A DNA stretch of 41,015 nt from Candidatus Micrarchaeota archaeon (GCA_018304385.1 JAGVWJ010000016.1:1-41015); one strand, 5' to 3'; numbered from the stretch's first letter, positions 8,505 to 19,032 are shown. The notes: generated from the sequence alone by a model not told the origin. Numbers and translations are program-made.

Positions 8505-11500
8505 ATGATTTCCATCTCCCGCTTGAAGCTTAGAAACTTTAAATCATTTAAAATTATAGACATTCCAGTGCCAAGAACGTTCTTATGTTTTGCGGGCCCA
8601 AACGGATCTGGAAAAAGCAATATACAAGACGGAATCAGATTTGCATTAGGTGAAACAAGCCTTAAATCACTTCGTGCAAAACGCGCCCGCGATCTAATTC
8701 ATCATGGTTCAAATACAGCTGAGGTTACAATCCTATTTGATGGTGATGAGAAATATGAAATAAAACGCGCCATAAGGCAGGATGGCAAAATTCTATACAA
8801 AATAAATGGCAAAAAAGCAACAAGAACATCTGTTCATGATACGCTAAAGCAATACAATCTAGATGAAAGTGGCCGTAATATAATAGCGCAAGGCGAAGTG
8901 CAAAGAATAATAAGCATGGGCGGAAAAGAACGCCGTACTATTATAGATAGCGTTGCAGGCATAGCAAATTTTGAAGATAAGAAAAAAGAAGCGCTCCGTG
9001 AACTAGAAGTAGTGGAATCAAGGATAAAAGATGCAAACCTTGTTCTAGGCGAGCGTATTGCATTCTTAAACGAGTTAGAAAAAGAAAAAGAATCCGCATT
9101 AATCTATATTGAAAACAAGAAAAATCTTACTAATGCCAAGGCGACTTTACTTAAAAACGAGCTAGAACGCATTGAAAAAGAATTAAGAGAATTATTAGAA
9201 CTTGAAAAGAAGATCAGTTTTAATGCTTCAAATAAGCAGGCAGAATTTGCAGCATTAGAAAATCAAATATTAGAATTAGACAATAAACGATTAGACGTGA
9301 GCAAGCAACTTCAACAAAAGCAGCAAACTGCGCCATTAATTAGAAAGATTGAAGAGCTTAAGGCCTCGGTCAGCTCTAAGAAACAAATGGTGCTAGATCG
9401 AGAGGAATATCTAAAGAAGATTGAAGACGATGAAAACAGTCTTAAAAAAGAAACAAAGAAAGAAAACGATTCGCTCGCAGGCATTGAAAAAGAGTTGGAA
9501 CGATTAAAACAAGAACTAAAGTTAACTGAACAAGAAGCAACTAAATACGGGAAAGAAAAAACAAGTTCAGAAGTAGAACAATTAAGAACAAATATAAAAG
9601 AACTTGAAACAAAATTGTATTCAAACAGGGAAAAGCTTGTTGCAACTGAGGCAGAGCTTAATGCAAATACTAATTTAATAGATGTTAAGACAAATGAGCT
9701 CGATTCGATAAAGATTTCAAGCGATAGTAATGAAGCTACAATGCTAAATAAAGAAAAGGATTCAATAAAAAAGCAAATATCATCAATTGAAAAAGAAATT
9801 GAAGACTGTTTCAAAAGAACCAAGGAGATAAATGCGGAAGTTGCAGATATAGATAGAAAGTTACTAGAGTTTAAAGAAAAAGTATCCTTGTTGAGAGTGA
9901 GGGTTAGCCCCACGTATGCAAACCCTGCATTGAAATTTATCGCAGATATGCGAGAAAAAGGAGAGAAGGGAGTCCATGGTGTTGTTGCGGATATGATAAA
10001 ATTTGACAGTAAATATGCAACAGCAATAGAGGCAGCAGCTGGGAACCGTTTGCTTTATGTAATTGTAGATGATGCAAATGTTGCAGCCAAAACAATAGAG
10101 CGCTTGAAAAAAGCGAATGCAGGTCGCGCAACTTTCATCCCATTAAAAGAAATCAGGTCAAGTTCAACTAAGCCAACTAATGGTTGCGAGCCTTTGATAA
10201 ATTTTGTGAAATATTCTGATCCAGTAAGAAAAGCAGTTGAATTTGTTTTTGGCGACACTTTGTTAGTTAACAACATAGAAGAAGCAAAAAAGATTGGCAT
10301 AGGAACTGCCAGAATGGTCAGCCTAGAAGGCGAGATATTTGAACGCTCTGGTCTAATCACTGGAGGCAAGGTTGAAAGTAACATACTAGCAGCTGTTCAA
10401 CTTAAGAAACTTGATGCTGAGTTAGAAGAATTAAAGAAGAAAAAAGAGTCTCTTGTTAATGAGCTATTCTCTATTCGTGAAGAAGAATCGCAAAAGCGAT
10501 CGCAAAAATCCGAGTTTGAGATTAAGGCTAAAACAATAGAGCTTACTGTTAAACAAGATGAGCTAAGAAGAAAGGATGAGCAAGAACTTCTAAACCGCAG
10601 AAATGCAATTGTTGAATATATAGAGAAATTAAAATCTATTATAAAAGAGAAGCAGCAGCATAAAGAACAGCTTAATAACGAAATCTCTTCATTAGCAAAA
10701 AAACTTACTGATCTTGCTGGCATACTTGACAAAGCTGAGTTTAGAGCAAAGGAAACAAGCGATGCTGAGCAGACAAAGAGAACAGAAATCGCCTCACGTT
10801 TGTCATCGATTCGTGCGACATATGAAGGAAAATTAAATGAACTAGAAATAAGGAAACGTGAAGTATTCACAAAAGATGAGAAGATAAAGGAGATTGAAAA
10901 AGAAAAGAAAGAAATTGTTACAAAAATCGTTGAGTTTAAAAAACAGTTATCTAACGACAATGCAGAACTTGAAAAAAGCGAGCAGGATATTGCACATCAC
11001 AGTAGGGCAATAGAAAAACTATTTGAAGCTATGAAAAAATACGAAGAAGAGCTGCAGAATTTTGGCAAGCTAAGAGGAGAAAAAAGATTAGAGATCGATA
11101 AGCTAACTAAAGATGAAAATCAGCTTTCTGTTAAAAAAGCAACATACGAAACCAGATCTCAGGATCTTAAGGCAGAGTTCTCTAATTATAAAGAATTTGA
11201 AGAGTTAAAACTAGGTAAGGATGGTTTAACTGATTTAATCAAAAAATCAGAAGAAACAATAACTACTTTAGGAAACGTTAATATTGCTGCAATAGAGCTG
11301 TATGAAAAGAAGCATGCTGAGATAGGCGAGGTAAAAGAAAGAATAGAAAAGTTATCAGAAGAAAGAAATGCAGTACTGAACATGATTGCTGAGCTTGAAG
11401 AGAGGAAAAAAGAATCATTCTTTGAGACGTTTTACGCAGTAAGTGATAACTTCAAGAGAATGTTTAAGCATATCAACATAGGTGAAGGATTTTTATATCT

Positions 11501-11864
11501 AGACAAACCAAACGAACCATTTGAAAGCGGGCTTTATATAAAATTAAAACGAGGAGGCAAAGAGCATACACTTGATTCACTTTCAGGTGGCGAGAACTCT
11601 CTAGTTGCCTTAATGTTTATATTCGCATTGCAGTTTTTCAAACCAGCACCATTTTATATCTTAGATGAAGTAGATGCTGCGTTAGATAAAGAAAATAGTA
11701 AGAATCTTGCCCAGCTTATCTCAAACATGTCTCGTGATACTCAATTTTTAGTTGTTTCTCATAATGACATAGTTATGTCTTCTGCTGAGGCAGTAATAGG
11801 TGTTACTAAGGTTGATGGTACATCTAAGCTTGTTGGTGTGAAGTTAGAAGCAATGAATGCGTGA
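8505..11864 (+). CDS. smc: Chromosome segregation ATPase SMC
   Basis: Walker A GPNGSGKSN, long coiled coils, hinge (GVHGVVAD...GRATFIPL), LSGGE signature, DEVDAALD. Confidence 0.96.
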   Translation: MISISRLKLRNFKSFKIIDIPVPRTFLCFAGPNGSGKSNIQDGIRFALGETSLKSLRAKRARDLIHHGSNTAEVTILFDGDEKYEIKRAIRQDGKILYKINGKKATRTSVHDTLKQYNLDESGRNIIAQGEVQRIISMGGKERRTIIDSVAGIANFEDKKKEALRELEVVESRIKDANLVLGERIAFLNELEKEKESALIYIENKKNLTNAKATLLKNELERIEKELRELLELEKKISFNASNKQAEFAALENQILELDNKRLDVSKQLQQKQQTAPLIRKIEELKASVSSKKQMVLDREEYLKKIEDDENSLKKETKKENDSLAGIEKELERLKQELKLTEQEATKYGKEKTSSEVEQLRTNIKELETKLYSNREKLVATEAELNANTNLIDVKTNELDSIKISSDSNEATMLNKEKDSIKKQISSIEKEIEDCFKRTKEINAEVADIDRKLLEFKEKVSLLRVRVSPTYANPALKFIADMREKGEKGVHGVVADMIKFDSKYATAIEAAAGNRLLYVIVDDANVAAKTIERLKKANAGRATFIPLKEIRSSSTKPTNGCEPLINFVKYSDPVRKAVEFVFGDTLLVNNIEEAKKIGIGTARMVSLEGEIFERSGLITGGKVESNILAAVQLKKLDAELEELKKKKESLVNELFSIREEESQKRSQKSEFEIKAKTIELTVKQDELRRKDEQELLNRRNAIVEYIEKLKSIIKEKQQHKEQLNNEISSLAKKLTDLAGILDKAEFRAKETSDAEQTKRTEIASRLSSIRATYEGKLNELEIRKREVFTKDEKIKEIEKEKKEIVTKIVEFKKQLSNDNAELEKSEQDIAHHSRAIEKLFEAMKKYEEELQNFGKLRGEKRLEIDKLTKDENQLSVKKATYETRSQDLKAEFSNYKEFEELKLGKDGLTDLIKKSEETITTLGNVNIAAIELYEKKHAEIGEVKERIEKLSEERNAVLNMIAELEERKKESFFETFYAVSDNFKRMFKHINIGEGFLYLDKPNEPFESGLYIKLKRGGKEHTLDSLSGGENSLVALMFIFALQFFKPAPFYILDEVDAALDKENSKNLAQLISNMSRDTQFLVVSHNDIVMSSAEAVIGVTKVDGTSKLVGVKLEAMNA

Positions 11865-11871
11865 TTATTAT

Positions 11872-12381
11872 ATGGTATTAAAAAAACGCGCTCTATTTGT
11901 AGGTAGATTTCAACCTTTTCATAATGGCCATTACAAGGTTGTTAAAAAATTGCTTGCCAATTATGATGAATTAATTATCGTTATTGGTAGTGCGGAAAGC
12001 ACATTATCTTTAGAAAATCCGTTTAGCACTGGCGAGCGTATAGTTATGATTAGATCTTGCTTTTCAGGAAAAGAGCTATCTAGAATTATTATAATTCCGA
12101 TTAGGGATATTGGAGATCATAATAATTGGGTTGCACATCTTAATTCATATACCCCTAAATTTGACGTTGCCCATTCCAATAATGATTTAGTTAAAACACT
12201 ATTCTCAAAAGCAGGTATTCAAGTAAAACCAATAGATTTTTTTGATCGCGAGATATATGAAGGGAAAAAAATACGCGAGTTAATGGTAAGAGGAGATAGT
12301 TGGCGTTCGCTTGTGCCAAAGCAGGTTGCCAAATACATTGATTCTATAAATGGTTGCGAGCGGTTACGACGAATTAGTTAG
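11872..12381 (+). CDS. Nicotinamide-nucleotide adenylyltransferase
   Basis: FVGRFQPFHNGH, IGSAE, ENPFSTGER; archaeal NMNAT-like. Confidence 0.9.
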   Translation: MVLKKRALFVGRFQPFHNGHYKVVKKLLANYDELIIVIGSAESTLSLENPFSTGERIVMIRSCFSGKELSRIIIIPIRDIGDHNNWVAHLNSYTPKFDVAHSNNDLVKTLFSKAGIQVKPIDFFDREIYEGKKIRELMVRGDSWRSLVPKQVAKYIDSINGCERLRRIS

Positions 12382-13494
12382 TCTTATTGATAATATATTC
12401 TTTATTGCGCCAGATACTACCTCTGCATCTAAACTAATTGATATATTTTCTCCTATTTCATGTTTTTTATCGAAAACGAGTTCAATATCATTATGATCTA
12501 GTGTATAATTTTCTATTTCATTTATTCTAAGTTTGTATGTATACGTAGTTTCAGATCTATATGGTAATTCAACTGGTTTATTTGTTGAGATTGTTAATAT
12601 TGAATCTGGGAAGGTTACATTAAATCCTTCAAAGTCTTTCTTTATTATCTCCTTATCGTTAAAGCTTTTATTAATCGCCGCACTGTTTTCGCTTATAAAT
12701 GTTATATAAGTAAGTTTCTTTTTTTCTTTCATTTGATCTAGATTTAAGTTTGGCATAATAACTATAGAATCTCTTCTAGTATATACTACGCTGTTATTCC
12801 CGTGATCTTTCTCTAGTTTTAATACATCTATTTTATCTCTTTCTTCCCAAGGTACTGTAGCTTTAACATTTGAATTAGCCAATTCAGTTATTGTTGCAGT
12901 TCCATTAATAGAGATAAACGTTGGTGCAAGCCCAGCCTGGGCATAACCAGTTATAGCTTGCCCCTGTACCTGTGCTATCATTTGCATTTTTACCTTACTT
13001 CCAGGTTGAATTGTTGGCTCCAGGTCTAATCTTATTAATATGCCTTCATTTCCACTAGTTTCTATTACCCTTCCATCTGCCAATTTTACTTCAATATTTG
13101 ATGGTAATACAAAGTTAGCAACCCCTTTTGCGCTAACATTGTTTTCTTTTAAGTAAGTATAAACGTTTGGAACATCTTCCTTATTTTTAACCTCTACTAT
13201 ATATCCTTGTTGTGAATTTGTTACATCCAGTACCATGTTATTTTCTTTTATCTTATTTATTTTTTCTGCTGTTAGGCTTTCATTACTGATTAAGTATGAT
13301 TCATAATAGTTAAGGACCGCATCAAATTCTGCAATTCCTCTCTCTGTTGTCACAACCTGGGTACCTGGGTCTGCCCCGCCACCTTGAAACGGGTTAACAC
13401 CAGTTCTAAAGAAACCTAGAGAAAAACTTTCTAATAAAAATAGTCCTACTGTGAATATTGCAAACCCTGCTAGTATCATCTGCTTCTTGTCCAT
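12364..13494 (-). CDS. Hypothetical N-terminally membrane-anchored/secreted protein
   Basis: MDKKQMILAGFAIFTVGLFLL hydrophobic N-terminus followed by a beta-rich body; no recognised family. Confidence 0.7.
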   Translation of the reverse strand: MDKKQMILAGFAIFTVGLFLLESFSLGFFRTGVNPFQGGGADPGTQVVTTERGIAEFDAVLNYYESYLISNESLTAEKINKIKENNMVLDVTNSQQGYIVEVKNKEDVPNVYTYLKENNVSAKGVANFVLPSNIEVKLADGRVIETSGNEGILIRLDLEPTIQPGSKVKMQMIAQVQGQAITGYAQAGLAPTFISINGTATITELANSNVKATVPWEERDKIDVLKLEKDHGNNSVVYTRRDSIVIMPNLNLDQMKEKKKLTYITFISENSAAINKSFNDKEIIKKDFEGFNVTFPDSILTISTNKPVELPYRSETTYTYKLRINEIENYTLDHNDIELVFDKKHEIGENISISLDAEVVSGAIKNILSIRLTNSS

Positions 13495-13651
13495 TTGAAA
13501 CCCTTTTTTTCCTTTAGTCTTTCTTAGACAAAAGGTTTTCATCCCAAAATCAGTTTAACTAAGTAGATAACTGTATGTATTATAAACAATTCGTTAAAAA
13601 AGTTTAAAAATACACGTTTATTCTTTAGGTTAATCCCTAAAAGTGATAATT

Positions 13652-14293
13652 ATGAATAAAGGAGACTTTCTCAAATTAGAGTATACTGGATATGACGATA
13701 AAGGCAATGTATTCGATAGCACTAGCGGAGAAATTGCAAAGAAATTGCATAATAAAGAAGGGACTTTGCTTATTGTTTTCGGTTATGATAAGTTAGTTGT
13801 TGGATTAGAAGAAGTTCTTCCAAATATGAAAAAAGGAGAAACAAAAGAAATTGCATTGACGCCAGACAAGGCTTTTGGAGATCGCTTAAAAGAAATGGTC
13901 AAGGTAGTATCAGAAAGCGAACTACTAAGAAACAACATAAGACCAGAAGTTGGCCTTACATTACAATTAGAGACAGATCAAGGCTTGTTATTCGGAACGG
14001 TCAAATCCATTAATAGCGGTCGTGTTACTTTGGACTTTAATCATCCTCTTGCTGGAAAAAATGTTAGGTATTCAATAAAGCTAATTGATGTTGTTACTGA
14101 GAAAGATGGCAAACTGTCTACTTTACTAGATGATATGCAACTAAAAGCAAAATGGAAATTTACAAACGATAAGGTTGAGCTTGAACTAACGAAATCAGAT
14201 GACAAAGATTATGAAGGAAAAAAGCAATATATCTCGCAATTGCTTAAAATTCTAATTCCTGAGATAAAGGATGTTGAAATAAAGGAAGTTTAA
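13652..14293 (+). CDS. FKBP-type peptidyl-prolyl isomerase (SlyD-like, archaeal long type)
   Basis: GDFLKLEYTG..VFDST, GLEEVL, PDKAFG, LDFNHPLAGK. Confidence 0.92.
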   Translation: MNKGDFLKLEYTGYDDKGNVFDSTSGEIAKKLHNKEGTLLIVFGYDKLVVGLEEVLPNMKKGETKEIALTPDKAFGDRLKEMVKVVSESELLRNNIRPEVGLTLQLETDQGLLFGTVKSINSGRVTLDFNHPLAGKNVRYSIKLIDVVTEKDGKLSTLLDDMQLKAKWKFTNDKVELELTKSDDKDYEGKKQYISQLLKILIPEIKDVEIKEV

Positions 14294-15390
14294 TTAATTT
14301 TTGGTTCCTGCATAGTCACACAATGAATTCCGCCATACCCATAAACCAAATCTCGCGCATAAATTGGAACTACCTTTTTGTTTGGAAAGCATTCCTGCAG
14401 AGTATTGATTGCTTTCTCATCATTTTTGTCTTTAAAAACTGGCAAAAGAACGCAGTTATTCCCAATGTAAAAATTAGCATAACTAGCTGGTAAGCGCCTT
14501 TCTGGGATAGCAATTTTGGAAGGCATTGGCAGTTCAATTACATCTAAGCCATTTTTTTTAAGAATCTCAAGATTTTCCTTTAGTGGCTTATGATTCTTAT
14601 CGCTTTTATTCTCTTCAACCATTGTAATTACTGTATTCTCATTTACAAATCTAGTAATATCATCAACGTGCCCGTCCGTATCGTCTCCTTCTATACCCTC
14701 TTTAAGCCAAATAACAGTATCGATTCCTAAATAGTCCTTCAAATATTTTTCAATCTGCTTTTTTGTAAGTTGTGGATTTCTTTTTTTGTTCAATAGGCAT
14801 TGTTCAGTAGTAATTAGCTCACCAGCTCCATTTACATCAATAGATCCACCTTCTAATACGATTTTTGGTTCGGATACATCATAACCACTGGCCTTTGCAA
14901 TCTGTTCACCAGCGTAGCTATCATGCAAGAGTACATCATATTTATCGCCCCATGCATTGAAAATCCATTTTACTGCTGTAATTTTCTTATCTTTTTTATT
15001 TACAACAAAAATAGGTGCATAGTCGCGCGTCCACACATCAATACTCTTAATATGATAAAAAATTATATTTTCATCATTCATACCCTTGCTTTCAAATTTT
15101 TTCCGTACTTTATTTTCCCATTTTTCGTCATCCACCAGTATTTTTACTTTTTCCCCTTCTTGCAATGCAGCAATCATTTGGCAGTAAATATTCTCAACAT
15201 TATCAATAATATTTGGCGGAAACGTATCTGGGTCCTTTGGCCAGCTTAGCCATGTTGCTTCATGCTCGTGCCATTCGGCAGGCATGCGAAAGCCTTCGGC
15301 TTTCAAGGTTTTCATTTTCAGTTTGCCCTCTTTGGCAAATCTCTTTAACTCTCCCGAGTTCTCGATCCAGTTTTCAGTTTCTGGGTTCAT
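14290..15390 (-). CDS. aguA: Agmatine deiminase
   Basis: RMPAEW, WTRDYAP, LEGGSIDVNG, DTDGHVDD, ASYANF, GGIHCVT. Confidence 0.93.
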   Translation of the reverse strand: MNPETENWIENSGELKRFAKEGKLKMKTLKAEGFRMPAEWHEHEATWLSWPKDPDTFPPNIIDNVENIYCQMIAALQEGEKVKILVDDEKWENKVRKKFESKGMNDENIIFYHIKSIDVWTRDYAPIFVVNKKDKKITAVKWIFNAWGDKYDVLLHDSYAGEQIAKASGYDVSEPKIVLEGGSIDVNGAGELITTEQCLLNKKRNPQLTKKQIEKYLKDYLGIDTVIWLKEGIEGDDTDGHVDDITRFVNENTVITMVEENKSDKNHKPLKENLEILKKNGLDVIELPMPSKIAIPERRLPASYANFYIGNNCVLLPVFKDKNDEKAINTLQECFPNKKVVPIYARDLVYGYGGIHCVTMQEPKIN

Positions 15391-15394
15391 TCTA

Positions 15395-16657
15395 TCACTT
15401 TGTTTTTATTGGAACTATTCGCTTTAATTTTTTCCTCATTGCTTCAATATCTTGGGCGTACATAATTTCACCATCGAATTTTATCTTAGAGAAAAAGTCT
15501 AGATCACTTGGGGTTATCCCCGGTCTTGCCCTTTTGAAATCAGCCTTTGCATTTCTATCGCTTAGATCATCAAGCAAGCGTGCAAAGCATTCTCCTATCA
15601 ATAAATCAAAGGCAATGGTACGCCCACGTAGATCTACAAATCTCTTATATTGTTCTAAAGTCAGTCCGTGTTTTTCCATGATACTTTTTCTTGTTCTACT
15701 AAATGACAACGTATAGATTGTTCTATCCTTAGATTCAGAACTAATTGTAATTTCTAAACCATATCTTCCAGTTATATCTGCAACATCTTTGGTTTCTTCT
15801 CTAAGTTTTGATATTTCATTATCATCTAAATAGCTTTTTAGTGCTTCATATACTTCATTCAATTCTGGTTGCTTTCCTTTTTCTATTTCAAACATTTTAA
15901 CAATAATCGCAGGTTCATAATTATTATCTTCAATCATTTCTCTTAAAATATCGCTACCTTTTGGATGAATAGAAAGCGGGCTTGGGAGCATAAAAAATAC
16001 CTCGTTCAATTCTTTCACCCGTTCTTGGTGCTGGAGATTACTATAAACCAAAACTGGCAAGTATCTCTTTGCGATCTCATCAAGTATTCCTGCACTTTTT
16101 TTCATTCGTTTTGTGAGGTATGTGCTTACATCTTCATAAGAAACACTAAGATGAGGGTCTGCTTCTTTTATTATATGCAATATAAAATGCCCAATTTCAT
16201 GATCCATTGACTCCAGTATGCTGTTTTTCCTATCAGGGCTTTCCAAATCTATTCTCCATTTTTTTATTGCGATGTAAATCTCTCTTATCAGTTCGTCTGA
16301 TGCTTCATTTATGTTTCCCATTCTAGTAATTCTAAAATATTCTTCAATCAGTTTTTCTTTTTTACCAAGCCATTCTTTTGGATACGTTTGATCCCATCCA
16401 ATATGGTATTCTGGCAATTCTATTTGTCGTTTATCAATATTATAAGATGCATTGGTAGAATAACCTGTTTTTTCATAAACAAAATTAACCTTAGTAAACA
16501 AATGCTCTGCCCATTTCCTATCTGCGTATTTATTGCGGATAAAAGCTTTAGCTTCTTCAATAGTAACTGGCCTTATTATGTGCTCTTGCTTTATGAAATC
16601 TAACATCTCCTGGCGTGTTGGTTTTTTCTTTCCTACAACTACTTGAAAGATTATCAT
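15395..16657 (-). CDS. Hypothetical protein with zincin-like HExxH motif
   Basis: MDHEIGHFILH motif in a 420-aa ORF; otherwise unrecognised. Confidence 0.6.
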   Translation of the reverse strand: MIIFQVVVGKKKPTRQEMLDFIKQEHIIRPVTIEEAKAFIRNKYADRKWAEHLFTKVNFVYEKTGYSTNASYNIDKRQIELPEYHIGWDQTYPKEWLGKKEKLIEEYFRITRMGNINEASDELIREIYIAIKKWRIDLESPDRKNSILESMDHEIGHFILHIIKEADPHLSVSYEDVSTYLTKRMKKSAGILDEIAKRYLPVLVYSNLQHQERVKELNEVFFMLPSPLSIHPKGSDILREMIEDNNYEPAIIVKMFEIEKGKQPELNEVYEALKSYLDDNEISKLREETKDVADITGRYGLEITISSESKDRTIYTLSFSRTRKSIMEKHGLTLEQYKRFVDLRGRTIAFDLLIGECFARLLDDLSDRNAKADFKRARPGITPSDLDFFSKIKFDGEIMYAQDIEAMRKKLKRIVPIKTK

Positions 16658-16671
16658 ATTTTATCCAGTCG

Positions 16672-16878
16672 CTACTTTTTTATTAATTTATTTCCACACT
16701 TTGGGCAGATTGAGCTATCAAATTCAACACAGTCGCCAGTCTTTTGAATTTCATCTACATGTTTTAAGAATTCTTTTGTAGCTTTTTCATAATCTTTTTT
16801 ATTACATTTTGGACATTTATATTTATAGTAAGGGCCTTTACGAGCCTCTTCCATTAATTTTTGGAGTTTTGATTGCAT
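16672..16878 (-). CDS. Small zinc-ribbon protein
   Basis: Two CPKC knuckles. ATG at 16878 avoids overlap with aguB; 68 aa. Confidence 0.65.
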   Translation of the reverse strand: MQSKLQKLMEEARKGPYYKYKCPKCNKKDYEKATKEFLKHVDEIQKTGDCVEFDSSICPKCGNKLIKK

Positions 16879-16885
16879 ATTTGGT

Positions 16886-17788
16886 TCACTTCTTCTTCTC
16901 CAAGATTTTCTTATACGTCTCCGGCCTTCTATTATAAAAAAATCTCCAGCCTTCGCGCACTTGTTTAGAAAGCTCAAGATTACATTTAGCGATAATTATC
17001 TCTTCACGCACGCTTCCGTGGGCTAAAAGCTTACCAAACTGATCATAAACAAAGCTTCCACCCCAGAATGTCATTGAGGAATTATTATTCCGAGATATTT
17101 GTCCCGAAGGACAAATCATATCATTTTCAGTACCAACGCGATTAACAGTTGCAACTACGCAAGAGTTTGCAATTGCATGGCCACGTTGCACTGCTTCCCA
17201 CGCCTCTTGCCAATTGCCTTCTGTCTGTTCAATATTTTTAGACCAGCCTATTGCAGTTGGATAAAAGATTATTTCTGCACCTAAAAGCGCGTTTATACGC
17301 GCTGCTTCTGGGAACCATTGATCATAGCAGATAAGGGTTCCAAGTTTTGCGTATTGGGTCTTGAATACTTTATATCCAATATCTCCTTGTGCAAAATAAT
17401 GCTGTTCATAAAAATTTGGGTCATGTGGGATATGCATCTTTCTATATTTTCCAAGCATCTTGCCAGATTCATCAAAAACCATAGTGGTGTTATAGTGTTT
17501 CTTACCTGATTTTTCAAAGATAGATCCTGCGACCAGCACGACAAAATTCTCTTTGGCAACTTCAGATAGCGCTTTGCTTGTAAGACCAGGAATTTTCTCA
17601 GCATATTCACTAACATTAGCTTTCTCTTCCTGTGGAAAATAAGGAGAGGTAAAAAGCTCAGGTAAACAAACAATCTGCGCATCTTTTTTCGCTGCCAACT
17701 CAATTTTTTTAATTGCTTTTTCTAAGTTTTCACTTGCACTTTGAGTCATGCTCATTTGAATAAGCCCTAGAGTTACCTCTTTTCGCAT
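16886..17788 (-). CDS. aguB: N-carbamoylputrescine amidase (nitrilase superfamily)
   Basis: Catalytic E-K-C: CLPELF, YRKMHIP, ICYDQWFPE; also YPTAIGW and QRGHAIAN. Near aguA. Confidence 0.9.
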   Translation of the reverse strand: MRKEVTLGLIQMSMTQSASENLEKAIKKIELAAKKDAQIVCLPELFTSPYFPQEEKANVSEYAEKIPGLTSKALSEVAKENFVVLVAGSIFEKSGKKHYNTTMVFDESGKMLGKYRKMHIPHDPNFYEQHYFAQGDIGYKVFKTQYAKLGTLICYDQWFPEAARINALLGAEIIFYPTAIGWSKNIEQTEGNWQEAWEAVQRGHAIANSCVVATVNRVGTENDMICPSGQISRNNNSSMTFWGGSFVYDQFGKLLAHGSVREEIIIAKCNLELSKQVREGWRFFYNRRPETYKKILEKKK

Positions 17789-17795
17789 AAAATCA

Positions 17796-18080
17796 CTAGA
17801 CAAAATTTACATTATTTTTCTTTGCATAATCCTTTGCTTCTTTTTCTGTTTTAAATTTTTTTATAACACTGCTGTCGCACAAGTTAATCAGTTGGTCACC
17901 TATGGATCTTGAATAGTGAGGGTGTTGCATATAAGGTGTTTTGCATTCCTCTATTTTATATAATAAAAAATATGTTTCCTTCCCTGCTTCTTTACAGTCT
18001 TTGCATACTTTTGGCCCAAGTTTGCAGTGTACACCTGCTCTTTTTAGTATAACTTCAGAATCGATCTTAACCACCTTCAT
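17796..18080 (-). CDS. Small Cys/His-containing hypothetical protein
   Basis: Abuts its neighbours on the same strand; HC..C..C pattern. Confidence 0.55.
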   Translation of the reverse strand: MKVVKIDSEVILKRAGVHCKLGPKVCKDCKEAGKETYFLLYKIEECKTPYMQHPHYSRSIGDQLINLCDSSVIKKFKTEKEAKDYAKKNNVNFV

Positions 18081-19032
18081 TAATTAGTTTTTTCAATCTC
18101 TCCAAGCTTTCATGTGGTTTTTCTATAGTATTTAACAAATAGACTGGCGCTCTACTAAACAACTCATAGAAGAATTCTTTTCTTTCTTGTACTTTCTTCT
18201 TTGTTCTTACTAATTGATGCGGATTACAAAAATCATTCTTAATCATAAAGTTTAGAGCTTCATTAGCAGATAGTTTTTTTATTACATCCTTGCCCTGCTC
18301 TCGCATTAATAAAACAACTGCTTTTAATGTTGATTCATCCCTTATCCTGTCACTGCCGAAAATCCATTTTACATCAACTATTGCTCTACCGCGTGTGTCC
18401 TTCCTCATATTTACTAACTTTTCTTTGAATTGTGGCCAGTTTGCTGCAAGATCATCTCTTATATACGAATTTTTTTCAGAAGCGAAAATAAGTGTTTCAT
18501 TTCTTGCTAAACGAACAAAAAACCAGTCATCTGTAACAAAATTATTCTTATCATCAAGCAGCAGGCCATAAGTAAGTGTTGTTTTACCAGACCCGCTTGG
18601 ACCAATTATTCCTAAGCCACGGCCACTGCTGTCAACAAATGATCCGTGGATTGAATATCGTTTATGCTCTGAGGTAAAATCTTCAAAAAAATCAGCCACC
18701 AGTCCTAATGCAATACTTTTTACCCAACCATAATAGTCACAGTTTTTTATTATTACTGTTTTGGTAGTTGGGTCGTACAATACACGAAGCTTTTTGCTTG
18801 TATCGTTAATTGCAAAGACCCGTGCGTGCGGTCTGATGTCATCGCTTATTGGTTTAAAATTATCATCCCACATCTGTTTTATTTCTTCATTATTTGTAAA
18901 TAGCTTGACGCATGTACCATGAATATTTGCTTTTTTCTCGTAAAGATTGTCTTTATATATCTCAAACATTAGTTTGTTCTTTTCTTTTGTAGATATAATT
19001 TCGACTTTATAACTGTCTGCCATAACATTCAT
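18067..19032 (-). CDS. HPr kinase-like P-loop protein
   Basis: IHGSFVD..GLGIIGPSGSGKTT...FVTDD is the HprK/PEPCK-type P-loop arrangement. Confidence 0.75.
   Translation of the reverse strand: MNVMADSYKVEIISTKEKNKLMFEIYKDNLYEKKANIHGTCVKLFTNNEEIKQMWDDNFKPISDDIRPHARVFAINDTSKKLRVLYDPTTKTVIIKNCDYYGWVKSIALGLVADFFEDFTSEHKRYSIHGSFVDSSGRGLGIIGPSGSGKTTLTYGLLLDDKNNFVTDDWFFVRLARNETLIFASEKNSYIRDDLAANWPQFKEKLVNMRKDTRGRAIVDVKWIFGSDRIRDESTLKAVVLLMREQGKDVIKKLSANEALNFMIKNDFCNPHQLVRTKKKVQERKEFFYELFSRAPVYLLNTIEKPHESLERLKKLINEGG

Noticed and set aside
8505-11864. SMC as part of a defence system (Wadjet/Lamassu) or Rad50
   Set aside because: It has a canonical SMC hinge, no zinc hook, and no jet, Mre11 or effector genes adjacent; it looks like housekeeping condensin.
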